Shown here one piece after another: positions 1 to 11,738 of a stretch of 64,000 nt of DNA; position 1 is the stretch's first letter; every line of letters starts with the position of its first letter. Origin of the DNA: Podarcis tiliguerta (Eukaryota). The DNA is taken from NCBI GenBank assembly GCA_965153285.1, contig OZ229114.1, one strand, 5' to 3'. The translations under genes and the position numbers were made by a program. Below the pieces are notes generated by a model. That model did not search any database and was not told where the DNA came from. It was given only the letters and a program-made list of their open reading frames with translations.

Positions 1-1
1 A

Positions 2-703
2 AAAGACAATGAGTTCAAGGGTAGTGCTGAATTCAAGCGTGCTGAAATCTTTCAGTCAGCACTGGGAAGCTTACTTCATCTTTCGCAATGGAGTAGACCA
101 GATATTGCTTACGCTGTTAACTTACTCAGCAGAGAAGCTTCAAAACCTAGTGTAAATGCATGGAAAGGAATTCAAAGAGTGTTAAGATATTTACAATACA
201 CCAAAGATTTTTGCCTTGAATTATCTTCGGAAGGACAAGCACAGATTACTTGTTGGGCAGATAGTGATTGGGGAAATTTAAAAGATAGAAGATCAGTGTC
301 TGGCTGTGTAATAAAATTTGGTAACTCTCTGATTGGGTGGAGATCCAAGAAACAGAACCTGATTGCTTTGTCGTCAACAGAAGCTGAGTTCTGTGCCTTA
401 TCTGAGTTATGTAGAGATCTAGAATTTTACAAATGCTTGGCACAAGAGATGTATGAAAAGGCCATCACTCCAATCACTGTATGGGGTGATAATCAACCGT
501 GTCTTAAGTTAGCACAAAATGGGCAGTTTAAAGGTCGTACAAAACATTTGGATATCCGCTTTCAAAATGTTTGTCAAACGGTAAAAGCAGGAATTGTTAA
601 ATTAAATTACTGTCCCAGTCATGAAAATCAAGCTGATGGTTTTACAAAACCGCTTGGGTTCCAGCGGCATGAAAACTTTTGTGAAGAAATGGGTCTGAAG
701 TAA
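2..703 (+). CDS. pol: Copia-type Pol polyprotein, C-terminal RT and RNase H (partial; the frame is open from the window edge, so the track start at 179 is not the real start)
   Basis: Frame 2 reads ...FQSALGSLLHLSQWSRPDIAYAVNLLSR...WKGIQRVLRYL...WADSDWG...DRRSVSG...IGWRSKKQNLIALSSTEAEF...DNQ...RTKHLDIRF...NQADGFTKPL. These are the standard Ty1/Copia RT-RNase H motifs, with no stops or frameshifts. Confidence 0.93.
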   Translation, partial: KDNEFKGSAEFKRAEIFQSALGSLLHLSQWSRPDIAYAVNLLSREASKPSVNAWKGIQRVLRYLQYTKDFCLELSSEGQAQITCWADSDWGNLKDRRSVSGCVIKFGNSLIGWRSKKQNLIALSSTEAEFCALSELCRDLEFYKCLAQEMYEKAITPITVWGDNQPCLKLAQNGQFKGRTKHLDIRFQNVCQTVKAGIVKLNYCPSHENQADGFTKPLGFQRHENFCEEMGLK

Positions 704-726
704 TTTTTTGTTTTTGTATTGCCAGC

Positions 727-735
727 GAGAGGGGG
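727..735 (+). promoter_or_regulatory. Polypurine tract (plus-strand primer) of the Copia element
   Basis: GAGAGGGGG directly abuts the TG start of the LTR and is preceded by a T-rich tract (704-720). Confidence 0.85.
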
Positions 736-1131
736 TGTTAGGGTGTGAAACCTAAGACGCTGGCAAATTAGCAATGTCATGTGACTTTAAGTAGTCAAGC
801 TCGTTAAGTTGTTAAGTTGCTCAGTATATAAAGAGTGTTTGTTTTCTCTGCCTGTTTGGGGCGTGCTGGACGTGAAGCAAAATGTGTGAATGCTCCGGAG
901 GTGTTTCTGTTATCTTTCTGCAATAAACCTGTCTTTGGAAAAGACAGGCTTCCCTGTGTCGTTTTTTTTGCTGCTGAGTCTCTGAAGCTTGTACTGCAAC
1001 AAGAATCTCTGCACTGGACTTAATTAATACTCTGCAAAGAAAGCTGTTGCTGGTGGCGCAGCGGAAGCGCTTACTGGACCAGTACACAGACTCTCTTATA
1101 TTCCTCCTCCTTAAATTAGCAGTGCCAAACA
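736..1131 (+). repeat. 3' LTR of the Copia element (~396 bp)
   Basis: Begins TGTT after the PPT and ends AACA. TATATAAA at 825-832 and AATAAA at 922-927. The predicted 5-bp TSD is ACTTT (1132-1136); its partner is outside the window. Confidence 0.8.
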
Positions 1132-1819
1132 ACTTTCATTTCTTTATTATAAAATTTGAACTAAAACACACACACACACACCTAAAAGCCTTCAGGGCAG
1201 TCAGTAAGGCATAAAAGCAACAGAAACACATCCATATAATTCTTCAGGTCAAATATACAAAAAAATAGAAAACAGCACCATTGTAATAAAAATGAACAGT
1301 ACCACTACCTTTCCCAGTAAACATGGCAACACCCAAAATCATAGTGTAAAAGAGCAAGTCCTTTCTGTAAGTGTCATGACCCAATGAAGCAGCCAGACCA
1401 TAGGGCTCATCCACACTTTTGCTTGTCCTGTGCCTAGAAAGCATGAGTCTGAGCCATTCCCCGCTTGTCCTCCACTTTCTAGGCATGGGCACGAGCAGTT
1501 TTGCCTTTGCCCCACCACTTCCCCCCCCCCCAAAACCCTACTCTTTAGTGCTAAATCAGAACAAACAGCAACCTGTGGAAAACCCGCTAGCTGTTTGCTC
1601 TGATTCAGTGGTTAAAAATGGGAGAAGAAGCATGAGCTTCATAGCTTTCTCTGGATCTGGTTTAGAGGACCCAGAGTGAATCCATGTACTCAAACCTATG
1701 GCAACAAAAGAAGTAAAATTTCATTTTTCTGGAGGGTTTATCGCAATGTAGAATGAGCTTAATTCCAGATCTGGGAGGGGGAAATCAGGCATCTACATAC
1801 TATGGCACAGCCTTCCGCA

Positions 1820-1945
1820 GCCTTTTGACCTCCAGATGTTGTTGGACTACAACTTCCATCATCCCTACCAACTCACCATGCTGGTTGGGGCTGATGGGAG
1901 TTGTATTCCAACAGCATCAGGAGAGTAACGCCATGGGAAGAGCTG
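1820..1945. mobile_element. Degenerate palindromic hAT-type MITE (CCAGATGTTGTTGGACTACAACT family)
   Basis: Self-complementary arms. Same family as copies at ~22373-22510, ~24180-24300, ~41290-41410, ~54990-55110 and ~56881-56990. Boundaries approximate. Confidence 0.65.
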
Positions 1946-3225
1946 CTGCAGCATCTACTGGGTCCTCGTAAAGGGTCCTCAGTGAAGCTTTATACAAGTA
2001 TAGCAAGTTGGGGTAGGCTGCGAAATCTGTGGTTTTAAATCGACTTCAGAAACTCAGCACAACTTTGGTGGTTAAAATGGCAGTGGATCTTAAGGGTCAC
2101 ACATCTATGCAGGTGGCTTGCAATGGCAGCTTCCTACCTTTTTATGAGAAAGGTCAGATTACTTGCACTGGGTTCAAGGTTAGGACAGTATGACTTGAAG
2201 CTAATAACCTCTCAAGCAGAGGTTATCCATCCATCATAAAGTTGTAGCTAGTTAATCTCCCGCTAAGCCCCATTTTTCCTTTTGTGGTGAAGAGACATTA
2301 CCAAAAAGCCACTTCTGATAGCATAAGAAGAAGAATCGATCCTGTTGGATAAAGAGTGGCACATACACAATAATTAAAACTGGAGAAGAGTCATTTAAAC
2401 TAGAGATGACCATCTTCAATATGTCATAAGGGCACTTTAAAAAATGGAAGTACAAAGCAGCCCTTTCTGAAGAGCAAGATCTTGCAGTGTCTAATTCTGT
2501 CTGCATTTACTACTTCCTAAAGAATGTGCAGCTGAGTGAATGTATTTCATAAGCTAAAGAATCGACAGGACTTCATATTCGTATTAGTTCATCATTAACC
2601 ATTTAACCTATCTCCTCCAATATTCTTTTATCTAGAGGTTGTTCATGCCTTCATCTCTTTCAAAACAATGGCATGTTATTTTTCATTTTCTGATTAATCA
2701 ACTGTCTCTGTAAATCAATGTCTCTATGACCTTCGCTGAAGGGTCCCCTTGTCTGCAAATAGGGTTCATATCAATGCTGAAGCAGATTTGTCTTGGTGTT
2801 CTTGACAAGGAGTCATAATGCAAATTAGGATACAGGGAGTGCAGATCTAATTTAAATGCATCGCTAAACAGAAGAAGTTTCAAAACCTACCACACAAAGT
2901 TAGATTGTTGTGTTTTTTCTAAAGTACAAATTAATAGAACTTGCTGTACAATTCTTCAGGATGGCACCCCACCCCCTAAAATCCCCCTGGTTACTGGCTT
3001 TTTTTCTCTTTTTGCAAATAAAGGCCAATAACAATTTTTAGAAACGGGATTTTTAAAAGTTTCCAGCTGCAATTCAGCTGCTTCAGACACTCCAGAGCAA
3101 CCTTCCCCAGCCTGTAGTGTCTGCAAAACAACCTCCATCCCCCCTGACCATTAGCCATGAAAATATAAATTTTTATTTTTATTTATCTCATAAGATTTAT
3201 ATACCGCTTGACTGAAGGAAAAAAC

Positions 3226-3495
3226 CTCAAAGCAAAAATGTACATATTCGACAGAAATGTGAACAGAAATGCCTGTAGTAGTGAAAATAACATACCAAAA
3301 TGTGTTAGGAAAACTCATTTGCAGAAATGTTTATTATTTAGCCAAAACTGCACACAAAAATTATTTATTAGGAGAAATTTCATCAGGCTTTTAAAAATAG
3401 TAATTGCAAACCGATGTGGAAATGTGGAGAACTGAATTTAAGATTGGAAAAGTGAGAAAAGGAGTGAAAATGGAATTAACTGATTCGTCCCAACT
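3226..3495 (+). mobile_element. Old non-autonomous DNA-transposon-like repeat fragment
   Basis: Similar to 42722-43128, 62255-62592 and 24500-24558 (GAACTGAA(C/T)TTAAGATTGGAAAA...GATTCGCCCATCCCTAG-like end). Boundaries approximate. Confidence 0.55.
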
Positions 3496-4224
3496 CTTTA
3501 TGTTTATAATGCCTGGTCTCAGTTAACACACTTGCTGGTGAAGTTTCTAGACCAGCTTCTAGATCACAAACAGGCAGTTACAAGAACATGGGTCCCTGGA
3601 GCCATTCTGCTCTCAACCTCAGGCAGCAAAATGTCTTGAGCCTGCCTTGCTTATTAAGGCTATCTTCATGAGAGCACACACAAAATTTAATTGGAAACAG
3701 AACAAATGATAAAGCAAGCTGGCAAACAGCCAAGTAGGAACGTAAGAACTATCACTACTCTTCATTGCTACATCTGAGCCTTGACAACTCTTGTTGCCAT
3801 TAGGATAAACAGAACAAGGCCTGGATCTAGACACATCAAAAAAAGTTTCAGAAAAACGCCTTGTAAACCTCATAATGGGAAATCACATTGCCAAAAGATA
3901 GAACTCCACAACGCCATCTGGTGTCACAGTGTTATAACACATTTAAAACACTTTTTAAAAAACTAATGCAGCTGAGTCCCAGGATTCTCCAGGATTCTCT
4001 TACCAGACAAATACTACAGCCATCTCTCCTCCAAGATATAATATGGATAGATCCCCCTTCCTAACCCCAGCAATGCTCTCTTGCAACTATCCAACAATAT
4101 AACAACATAAATACTAGTCTCTTCACTTCAAAATTTTGTATTGTTGGAAGAACTTTTCGAAAAGGCAGTGGGGCTTTTCTCCAGGATATTTTTCCACAGC
4201 CTTGTAAAGCTGGATTTTCCCTCC

Positions 4225-4227
<3 letters not shown>

Positions 4228-4275
<48 letters not shown>
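4228..4275. repeat. (TC)n(CA)n compound microsatellite
   Basis: Read directly from the sequence. Confidence 0.95.
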
Positions 4276-6894
4276 TGGTATTGAGAGTTGATTTTAAAGC
4301 TCAACACAGGCTCAATCAATCAAAGAAACATGGGGCATGCCCCCATTTGCTTTTCATTGTCCTTTTTATTTATTTCTTTATTTAGCTTCTTAGATATCAT
4401 CAATTGTTACATTTCATTTTTTGACAAGCTGCATCCACTGACATTTTAGCTGCTTCTCATATCAGCTGTCAATTGTTCTTAAAATGTTGTGTGTGTGGAT
4501 TCAGAAAACGTTTTATTGTTTTTGTTACCATTTACATAGCAGGGTAGAAAACTTATTATATAACTTTAAGAACTAGTGTCCAAGTCTGAATGTTTTTCTC
4601 TGCCTCCTCAATCTTTTTTCCTTTTGTCTTGTGTCTTTTAGATTACAAACTGTGGATAGGGACAGATTTATTTTATTGATTTAATGTAAGCCATACCATG
4701 GGCCTTTCCAGCTGAAGAGTGGGGTAAGAATACTTTAAATAATAAACAAGCCCTCCAAACAGTTGAATCAGGGTGGTACATGCTTTGTGGGCACAGAATG
4801 GCAACCAACTGCTGAAAGAAAAACAAAAACCGGGTTTGAAGATGGAATAGAGTGTCCTGGGAAAGGGACATGGCTGGTTGGCTGCCATCTTGAACAGAAG
4901 TATTCAACACTCAGGTCCTACTTATGAACTCTACGGCAGGATTGGAGAACCTGAGGCTCAGGGATCAAATGTGAACCTCCAGGTTTCCCTATCTGGCCCT
5001 TAGGCTTTTCTTCTGGCCATACCCCTCCACATCACACTTCCTCTCACCTGGCCACACCACTTACTGGGCCAAGCGCTGCACACTCCTTGAATGTCCTAGA
5101 ATGCTGAAAATGCTTCTTGCTGGCCTGAATGGAGGATAAAGAGGAGTGTACAAGTGTATGTGAAAACTTACCTATATACAAAGGTAAATGCACATTGTTT
5201 GCTCTGCTTACTTTTGTCTCTGACCCTGTCTGTCACTGCCATGTGCCCCTCAGGAGGTTGCTGAGCAACATATGCAACATTCAATCTGACAAAAATCCCC
5301 CCTGACAGAAATGGGAAGGCAGCCCTGGAACCCTCTTCCCTGACATTTTCTGTGCGGAAGGGTTCTTTTGTTTTGTTTTTTGTATTTAAGTTTCATGACT
5401 GAGTTACTCTTATGACAGGCTCTTTATGGCAGGGATCCTTGGCAAACATATTTTAAAATCTAAATATTTCAGAAGAATTCCCCGCCTCTGTTCTCTTAAG
5501 GTGAAGAACATAATCGATTTCTGACATGCACTTTTTTATTCATAGGCCGGGATCGTCTGCTTTCCTCTGAAGTGTCTTTTCCCCATGTTGTCCTTTGTTT
5601 TCATTTGAATGAAATCAATAGCAACAGACATCATGGAGCTATTCTTCTCTCAAAGCATCATAGAAATCAGCATGAAGAACTTGTAAACAACCCAAACTGT
5701 CTGAAGCGAGTCTGGCTTTGTTGGCATATGAAAGTCAGACACCGAAGTGGAAAATGGCAGAGGAAAATCAGCAGTTACGTTCCTTAGGCGCCTTTCAAAG
5801 GCAAGTCTTTTATCCAATCATGAAAATTATCACGGTGGGGTAACTTTGTTCATATGATGGGAATACCTCCCAAGATCTCAAGACAACCAATATTTCATGC
5901 AAGTCTTCTTCAACAGTCTCGCCAATAACCATTTGCAATGCAAGCCTATACAAGTTTATTTGTAAGTCCCATTGTGTTGAATGGGGTTTACTTGCATGGA
6001 GGAATGGATCAGCTCATTTCAATCCATGCTGATTTAACATGTGAACAGGGTTAAATCTATTCAATACCATTTCAAGTTACACACCTGTGGATTATTTAAA
6101 AAAAAATAATGTGTGAAAACAAAGCAAAATTAGGAATTTACAAATTCATCAGCACGTCCAAAGGCTGCCTTTTAAGTTTTGATTTCTTTTTAAACTGTTT
6201 TTGTTATAGCAGCCTGGAGAGGCTTGAAAGCACAGCAGCTGCTGTTTTAAAAAAGTCTGGAACCATTCCTGACAAGAAGTCCGTTCAGATGAAAAGATGG
6301 CTGCCCCGCTTCCTGATATGGAATGGTTGTAGCTCCGTGGGACTCTCCTGGCTCCTGCCCAAGACGGGATTACAGAGGCGCTTTCTTGTATGGAAAACTT
6401 TTGTTGTAGCAATTTACAGTACAAACTCAGTGGCTAGCAGAATCTAGTACAGGTCTGCTTACAAGGCATTTACAGTATACCCAGTCCAACAACATGAAGT
6501 AAAAGAGGTCCAAAACTGCACGGGAGTTGTTAAGTTGTTCCAGCAAGTTTCCCCACCTACCTGTCCAGAGGCAGGGAAAGTTCCCTCTCCCTGCATGAAT
6601 TCATGGCCTGAAGTTGAGCACTCCACCTGGCCTGCTCCGCTTCTCTTCTCTTGTCCTTTGAATGCTCCTGCTCTGTCACAGCAAGCTGCCCCCCCATCCT
6701 CCACAGGCTAGGAAAGGGAGGTAGCCCTGGAGTCCCCTGCCTTGTCAGGTCCAGCCTCACAGGGAGTCGGGGCGGTGGCAGCAGCTTAATGAAGCAGGTT
6801 CCACTGCATAGCCTCAACTCCCCTCCTCCACTCTGAGTCCTCAAGCGCTCCCCACTCTTGGCTGAATCAGAGGGCATAAAGGGAACCACGAGAG

Positions 6895-7040
6895 GTACAG
6901 CATCTGTTTTGCATGCAGAACACCTCAGGTTCAATCCCTGGGATCTCCAGCTGGGACTGGAATGTCCTGTTTCTGAAACCTTGGAGAACTGTTGGTCAGG
7001 ATAGACTATTCTGAGTTAGATGAACCAATAGCCTGACTGA
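6895..7040 (+). mobile_element. tRNA-derived SINE (tRNA-Ala-like head), degenerate
   Basis: Head TTTGCATGCAGAA...AGGTTCAATCCC (B-box-like). The body matches copies at 43545-43650 (+), 43768-44915 (-) and 54925-54990 (-). Confidence 0.65.
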
Positions 7041-10000
7041 AATGTATGGCAACCCATGTCGGAAGTCGAGATTTTGGCAAATAAAAGCTCAACAACTTTT
7101 GTGTCCAGATTTTTCCCTTTTTGAAATATGGCAACCCTATATAAGAGCCACTCAGAAGTTGAACCCCCTGTCTCCTGTGAATAAAATATTGGCAAGGGAG
7201 GGCCGCTTAGCTCCAACCATAAACCAGAGAAGGAAAAGCTGCAGGGAGCTTGTTTCTTCCCTCACTGCCAGAAGGAGCAGGGACTGGGAACCTTCTTCAG
7301 CTCAAGGGACACATTCCCTTCTGGGCAATCTTCCCTAACCAAATCCACCATTTATGATGCTTTTGGTGCTTTATGTTGCTAAGAAGGAACAATCCTAATA
7401 CTTCTTTATTTAAATGTTCTTTTCTTCTTTCTTTTCCAATGACAGTCTTCCCTTTTCAGGTCTGCTGTTTTCCAGTTTGTTCACTGACTACTATTTGAAG
7501 TCTCCAGGCCTGCATGTAGAGCTAATGAGATGCTTAACAGAAACTCTTGTTGCCTTCACCAATGATTTATTTCAGCCTTGATTTGAGCAGCCTTGCCATG
7601 CACAGGCTCACATATCTGGAATGGCAATTTAAGTGGAGGACAACTCAAAAGATCCAGAATTTCCAATGAGCATCTGAGGGGTCTCTAGAGCCTTCAGGAA
7701 AAAAGTGAATCGTGTAGTGTTGTTTTGTGAGCTCAAGAGTGTACAGTATTTTGCTAATTTAAAAGGTGAGCAAAATACCTGGCTTTGCCAAGAGATGCTT
7801 GCAAAAGAAAACCTGGATGTTCCACAACGTTCAAAATCTGATAGAAGCAATTAACCTTTTGACTAACTCTCTCTAGTACAAATGTTTCAGGTATTGTGTT
7901 TTCAAAAAGACACAGCTGAAAAACACAATATTCATAGCTATCTTCAGAAGGGAACAAGCACAGCTTTGCTTGATTGATCACTTAGGCTCAAAACATGAGA
8001 AGGATTCAGCTTGCTGGGAAGCTAAATTACTTTTCAACAATGTGGCGCGTTTCAACTCACTCATACAAACCCTTTCATAATTGTCTCCTTATGGATTTCT
8101 CCTCCCTCCCCAAGGGCAACTTCAATAGCCCTTGTCAGATGCTCCAAGATGCAGAAATGTACCGTAATTATTAGTTTTGCTATGCTTGACTTTACTTGAG
8201 GAGGCAGAAAATAACCTACGGTGCATTGATACCAAGAAACAGAATCTATAAGCTGTGTTGTTGGCATGCGCAACACTTTATCAGCCTGCTTGCAATGACA
8301 ACCGAGTGTGAGTAGAAATGGGCAGGCCAAGTGCTATATGCTACACACAAGGCTGCATTATGGCTCCAAGTCATCTGCAAGGCCCCCTTTGCAAAGTCAT
8401 ATCGGGCAGCCTGATTCCTGAACCAATTGAGAGAGAGCATGTGAATTTAAGGCAATTTAGTCCAACAGAAGTCAATCCAAGTATTTCAGATTGATTTGTA
8501 GGTTAGGCTGTTACTCTTTCCTCAAGCGTCATTAGTGACTGCATTTGTGTTCTAAACTAAATCAATGTAACAAAGGCATCACACATTACACAAAAGCAGG
8601 GGGAGCAAACTGAATGACTTCTATTTATTTTCCAGGGAACATACAAAAAGGGAAAGTCATGCCTCTATTGTCCTGGTGCACTGCGGCTCATATGCTTCTC
8701 CAGCAGGAGATTCACGCAAGCTCCTCTTTCACATAGTACACTAGTGGCAAAGCAGAAACAGGCAGCAAGCCTCCCCTCTGTGCTGGTATAAAGCCACACT
8801 GGATTCGGTGCCATCACTCCAGTTCATGACCTTGCATGGTACAGGCTCACCCCATCCCAGCAAAATCAATGTGACATTAAAACAGTAAAACAAACAGCGG
8901 ACAAAATATTTTGTACAACTGCTCAGCCAGGTCCTACCATCTCCACCCCAGAGAGAACCATTAATTGGCTTGCAATATGAATATGTGAATTTAAAAGCCA
9001 ATCTACATTTTTTTGGGAAGAGCTAGAGTTACTTCAGGTAGATCTGGCTGAAAAAATCATTTCCCAACCCACATCCATCAGTGAGACCTAGAACATTAAC
9101 AAAAGTCAAACACCGAGACATCCTGAGAGACATTTTGCTGTGCAAATCTCCATGATATTAAATATCCTGCCCCTGGTGGTTGTGTTCATAAAACCCACAG
9201 GAAATGGGATTGCATCATAGCCTAAACAGGCTGTAATGGAAGCATTAATTCATGTATTTCTGTTTAGAAACCAGGGGTATTAATTTAATTCACTGATTGT
9301 TTCTTAAAACAAAACCTCACAGGCGAGAATACATTTATCAGCAAGAGCTCATGAATAAAAGTGACTACTCATGGAGAATGCTTATTTTTCAATAATTGTT
9401 TAATAATTTAGCTCACTCTGCTTTTGTAATCATACAGCTCATAACTTATTTTGAGATCCATAGCATTGAAAATTCTTGCCTCTAGAATGGCTCAAAAGCA
9501 TCCGCATGTGATAGAATAAAATGCTTCGGTACGTCAATCTAGCGACACACTGTCATCCAAGGGAAATCAGACTTTGATCCAGAGAATATATCGCTGTCAT
9601 CATTCCTCCTTAGGATGTTTTAAAATGCAGTGAGGGAATATTTTAAAATGCAGTGACTACAAAATTATCCTGGCCTAATTGTGCCAAGTAGTAATTCTGC
9701 TCATAATTGGAAGTGATAGAGTTTCTTTATATGGGATGTAATCATGTGTATTACCAAGTGAGGATAAACCGGAGGATCTGATCCTGTGTGGTTCTGCAAA
9801 GCAGCACCCGCAACTCACCGGATTGATGCCTGCACTCAACAGCTGTTGAGCAAAGCTATTGATCCTGCAGGGCAAGGCATCAAGCAAGGAGGAGAGACAT
9901 GGTGTTCAGCCTAAATTCTGCAGGGAAGATGCAACTGCCAGTCTGGTAGGTCTCAGCCTTTTCCTGTGGTTTCCTGCCTGCCTGCCACAACTTCCTGCTT

Positions 10001-11115
10001 AATGCTGCACTCGTTGACAGCCATGGATTGTTTTGGGCCAATCCAACCTGACTCACAGCAGTCTGTAGCTATGTGTACCTGACTTGTCTGAGGCCCCCTT
10101 ACTCTCCCGTTTGGCTTGGCCCTCAGCCAAATGTCCCTATAAAAAACTGGACTGTATATTTAATCACACTGTAAATGCATTTCAAGAGGCTCAAGGTCCA
10201 CTAACCTATTTCATACAGAAACTTAGAAATGAGCATGATATTTCTCACAACGTGCCTAACCCAGTTTGAAATCTTTATAAAGTAGCATCCTCCCATATGT
10301 TTAGGCCCCTAATAGGTGTTGATTTCCCAGTTGAGTGATAGCCCTAAAAATGCTAATGTTGATGAAATCCCCTGCTGGGAATATTAAAATGCCAAAAAAA
10401 TCTCCACGAACTCTGAAACCTTAATATAGAGAAACTTCTGAGCAGACTTGGTCCATATGATAGGAGCTGGTGTCCCTGTTACACCCTTTCCCCATGAATC
10501 TGGAAACCAGCCAAGAGAGTCAGGCATGGATCCATCTGTTCAAACTGTTAACACTTTCAAGCAAATGCCAAGAATGATATCTAAGATGCTCAGCCAGGGC
10601 CAACGTTCATGGAAATAAAAAAGAATATTCCTCCAAAGTTTTAGCTCTTAGCAGCCTAATTGGATAAATAAAAATGCTATAAAGCAAATGTTTTTGGCTT
10701 CTCTTTCTTCTTCTGTTTTTAACAAATGAACATTTTTTTTAATTAAAAAAATATATGGAAAATATTTTCATGTTACAGACTCCAGTTCTATGGAACAGCA
10801 CTGATTCCTCACTCCCAGAGATTCAAATTGTGCGGCTTCTAAACAAGAGAAAAGCAAACACTTTTAGAGAATTTGCCTCAAGAGTGTAAATGATCCTGTA
10901 GGTACATTTGCAAATGCAGCTTGGTTGAAAATATAGTGACTGGAGTGATCTCCCACTTACAAAACAAGATTAACAGTAGCCACTCAAGGAGGGGTGAGAT
11001 GGAGTGAGGCCACTGAGCTGGGAGAGGGGGTTAGCTCTTCTTCACACCATTGTCCTTATTTTTTTTTTCTTCAAAAAAACCTCACAAATTACTCTGCTTA
11101 TGTAGAGAACTGAAT

Positions 11116-11738
11116 TGTCTCCTCCTTTAAATTCCTGGGAGTTTACCTTAGTGAGGACCTCACTTGGAAAATCAACATAACTCAGGAGGTCAGAAAGGCC
11201 CAACAGAGACTCAATTTCCTCAGGGTCTTGCGAAAGAATAAAGTTAAACAACAACTGATGAACTAACTCCCTTTACCGGTCCACAAGAGAAAATGTCCTT
11301 TCATATTGTATCACAGTGTGGTATGCTGGCCTGACAGCCACAAACAGAAAGTCTCTACAGAGGGTGGTGAATGGGGCATATGATATCATGGGCTGTCCCT
11401 TGAGGCCGCTAGATGACATCACAAGGGATCATTGCCTTAGGAGAGCAAGAAAAATTCTCAGGGATGACTCACACCCCAGCCATCACCTCTTTAATCTTCT
11501 ACCCTCGGGCAGGAGGGTATAATCAGCCATACAAACAGGCTAAAATATAGCTTCTATCTGTGGGCTGTTAGGCTGTTGAACGGAAAATAACATAGCGAAA
11601 TTGACTTGCGAGGTGGTGTGTTGTTCAATAAGAGATTAAGTGTTTAGGGGGGAGGCTCATTTAATTTCACTGTACACAGGTTGTACAGCGACAATAAAGG
11701 AATTATTATTATTATTATTATTATTATGATGATGATGA
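11116..11738 (+). mobile_element. Rex1/Babar LINE, 5'-truncated, degenerate
   Basis: Translates [38 protein letters not shown] ... WYAGLT..RKSLQRVV...RARKIL.DDSHPSHHLFNLLPSGRR (Rex1-type C-terminus), with frameshifts. AATAAA then an (ATT)n(GAT)n tail. Candidate TSD TGAATTG at 11111-11117 and 11739-11745. Confidence 0.85.

Larger units (their letters stand above)
1..1131 (+). mobile_element. Ty1/Copia LTR retrotransposon, 3' portion (pol end, PPT, 3' LTR); the rest lies upstream of the window
   Basis: Open pol frame with Copia RT/RNase H motifs, stop at 701-703, T-rich tract, purine tract GAGAGGGGG, then an LTR bounded by TGTT...AACA. Confidence 0.93.
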
